From: Octopus vulgaris
Lineage: Eukaryota
Reading direction: 5' to 3'
Length of the DNA stretch: 64,000 nt
NCBI GenBank assembly: GCA_951406725.2
Contig: OX597823.1
Location: 114,948,001 to 115,012,000, forward strand
Made by a program: the position numbers and the translations under genes. Under the pieces are notes generated by a model. That model was not told the DNA's origin, did not search any database, and saw nothing but the letters and a program-made list of their open reading frames with translations. How positions within the stretch are numbered: the first letter of the stretch is position 1; every line of letters begins with the position of its first letter. Below, in pieces: positions 61,190 through 64,000 of this stretch.

Positions 61190-61505
61190 AGGTACATGGC
61201 TCAGTGTTTAGAGGGTCGGGCTCACAATCATTAAGTAGTGAGTTCGATTCACAGACCGGGCTGTGTGTTGTATTATTGAGTAAGACACTTTATTTCACGT
61301 TACCCCAATTCACTCAGCTGTAGAAATGGGTTGCGGTGTCACTGGTGCCAAACTGTATCGGCTTTTGCCCTTCCTTTGGATTACATCGGTGGTGTGGAGA
61401 GGAGAGGCTGGTATGCATGGGCGACTGATTATCTTCCATAAACAACTTTACCTGGACTTGCAATACTATGGTCATTCATGAACGAAGTGGGGTTTTACCC
61501 TTTAC
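61190..61505 (+). mobile_element. SINE family C with ~13-bp TSD
   Basis: TGGCTCAGTGTTTAG and GTTCGATTC boxes; TSD ttacattt(g/c)acag at ~61179 and ~61509. Confidence 0.85.
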
Positions 61506-62039
61506 CCTTTACATTTCACAGAGTAATCTGAAAGCAAAGAGGCTAAAGTTGTTTCCGATAGACAGAATATTCAGCAACCTGTGCACTGAAACGATGGGCT
61601 TGTCTTCTTGAGTTTACCTCAGCCACGGTATCTACCACCTTCACAACACTGATAAGAACACTGAGAAATGTGCAATCTTCAACGTCACTGAAAAACCCTC
61701 ATTGTAAAGATATCTCGAAATGTAGAAGCTCTATCTTAGATCCCTAATAAGCCTGTACGTGAGGGAGAATCTACAAACCGAAGCTGGTATGAATGCGTTG
61801 GAAGCTTCTAGTCAGAACTTCACACGTCATCAGTAACGGTGACTCAACTGAGACCTGATGGTACACAGCAGATGGCAGATGGCAGAAAGCAGGCGTTTGT
61901 ATAACTGAGCAACGCATTGAAAAGTTTGTGTTGTTCGCACTAACCAAGGAAGGTTCTTGAAAATATGGCCTAGAAATCGGCCACTCAATTCAGTACCTGG
62001 GCAGCACTTGACAAATAGCGACAAACAAAAATAATATTG

Positions 62040-62268
<229 letters not shown>

Positions 62269-62274
62269 TACTTA

Positions 62275-62720
62275 AACATCATAGTATATATATTGAGAGC
62301 GACTGGTATCGCCGACTCGTTCAGCCAATCAGAACGTCCAACAGCTGTCTTACTTGAGGTTTTTGAGCACAGATATTATTGCAGCCAATGGGACCAAACT
62401 ATTAGAAAGGTTTCTCTCTACAAAATTTGTGAGAGTTATTCCTTTTTCTGGAACAGTTACAAAGTGTGAACATAGCCACCATCAAACACACCAGCTCTGC
62501 TGTGAGAAAGGGGCTGCTGTCAAAACTTTCTGCAGTAAAGACTGACATTAAGGTCTTACTAACGCCATTGTTTCAGATGCAGTGAGCTGCCATGTAACGT
62601 TAGAAATCGTCTGTAACCCGACTGACTACTTCTGTCCGATAGAAAGAAGACCAGACATGGAGTTAAGTACCAAAAAGATGACATTGGTACCAAACATTAT
62701 TTTCAAATTCCCAAACTACC
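62275..62720 (+). pseudogene. Highly decayed RTE-type AP-endonuclease N-terminus
   Basis: ERPTAV.., [10 protein letters not shown] and YSFFWN resemble RTE ERRTA..DIAAL.ETRL..YTFFW. Confidence 0.5.
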
Positions 62721-63075
62721 GGGTCTTGGGTAAATGATCTGGCTTATCTTCCTTTAACTTTAGTTTTTATATAATCTGCATTATCTCAGATATCTGCGCA
62801 CACAGATATGCACACTCCACACGTATACAACAACCGCACATACTGACGCTTACACACATACACATATACACATATGCATAGTCATACTCACACAAATACA
62901 CTGATACATATATATATATATATATATACATAAATATAAGAGGGAATGTTTTACCACTATGTAGAAACCCTTATGCTAGAAGAAGATCCGCTATGGTCTC
63001 AACCACTAAGAATTGTTCTCTAGAAAATTTAGCAAACTCCAGAAAGACAAATGAAAAGTAACAAAACTATAGATT

Positions 63076-63154
63076 AATCATGAACAATTGTTTCACTATC
63101 AACAAATTACGTAATTTTACTTCCATAATTTATCTGTAGATCTTCAGTATGATC
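63076..63154 (-). ncRNA. Hammerhead ribozyme motif (PLE-type)
   Basis: Minus strand: gatcata-CTGAAGA-tctacagataaatta...taatttgttgatagt-GAAAC-aatt-GTT-catgatt; palindromic ACAATTGT stem III; innermost stem I pair is A.C. Confidence 0.62.
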
Positions 63155-63586
63155 GTCTATAACAAATATAATTTGCAGAGCTACACGCCAGACATCAACA
63201 CGAGGTCGAAAATGCATGCAGTTCTACCTATTACATTTGTGGCTATTTTTCAAAGGTCAGGTTTTTTTATATGCTAGACTACTGGTGTTAAAATTGATGT
63301 TATCAAATTGATATCCAATTTTTCACCCTCATTTTAATTTTAATTTATATATATATATGCACACTTACATTCGCAAAACTACACACATGCATTCAAACCC
63401 CCTTAGACATATACATTGTCACACACACGCACACGTACACGCACACACACACATGCAACATTTATATCTACATACATGCAGACATACTCACGGATACTCG
63501 TATGTATACACACTTGTTTCATTCTCGATAAAACCGTCTCACCAGTCCATGCTATAATATATCGGAAATTATCTGAAGCAACCACC

Positions 63587-63992
<406 letters not shown>

Positions 63993-64000
63993 GGGTAAAG

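Overview
Eukaryotic (animal) repeat-dominated non-coding DNA, not prokaryotic. The repeat inventory resembles an octopod cephalopod genome (inference from the tRNA-derived SINE families, dense (TA)n/(TAA)n/(TATG)n microsatellites and Penelope remnants). I recognise no host protein-coding exon, rRNA, intact tRNA or CRISPR array, and almost all listed ORFs are translated microsatellites. Real content: (i) restriction-like-endonuclease (REL; R4/Dong-like) LINE fragments, most sitting in (TAA)n, one nearly intact over 1.6 kb; (ii) CR1-group and RTE LINE fragments; (iii) pogo/Tigger and mariner DNA transposon remnants; (iv) roughly 30 copies of four tRNA-derived SINE families; (v) a 6.2-kb (TAT/TGT) array with ~2.15-kb higher-order periodicity; (vi) many Penelope-like (PLE) remnants and at least eight minimal type-I hammerhead ribozyme motifs. 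The most striking object is a ~410-bp near-palindromic rod (22632-23043) whose apex is a hammerhead with a compensatory U3-A8 core variant. All alignments and folds were done by eye; coordinates may be off by a few bases.
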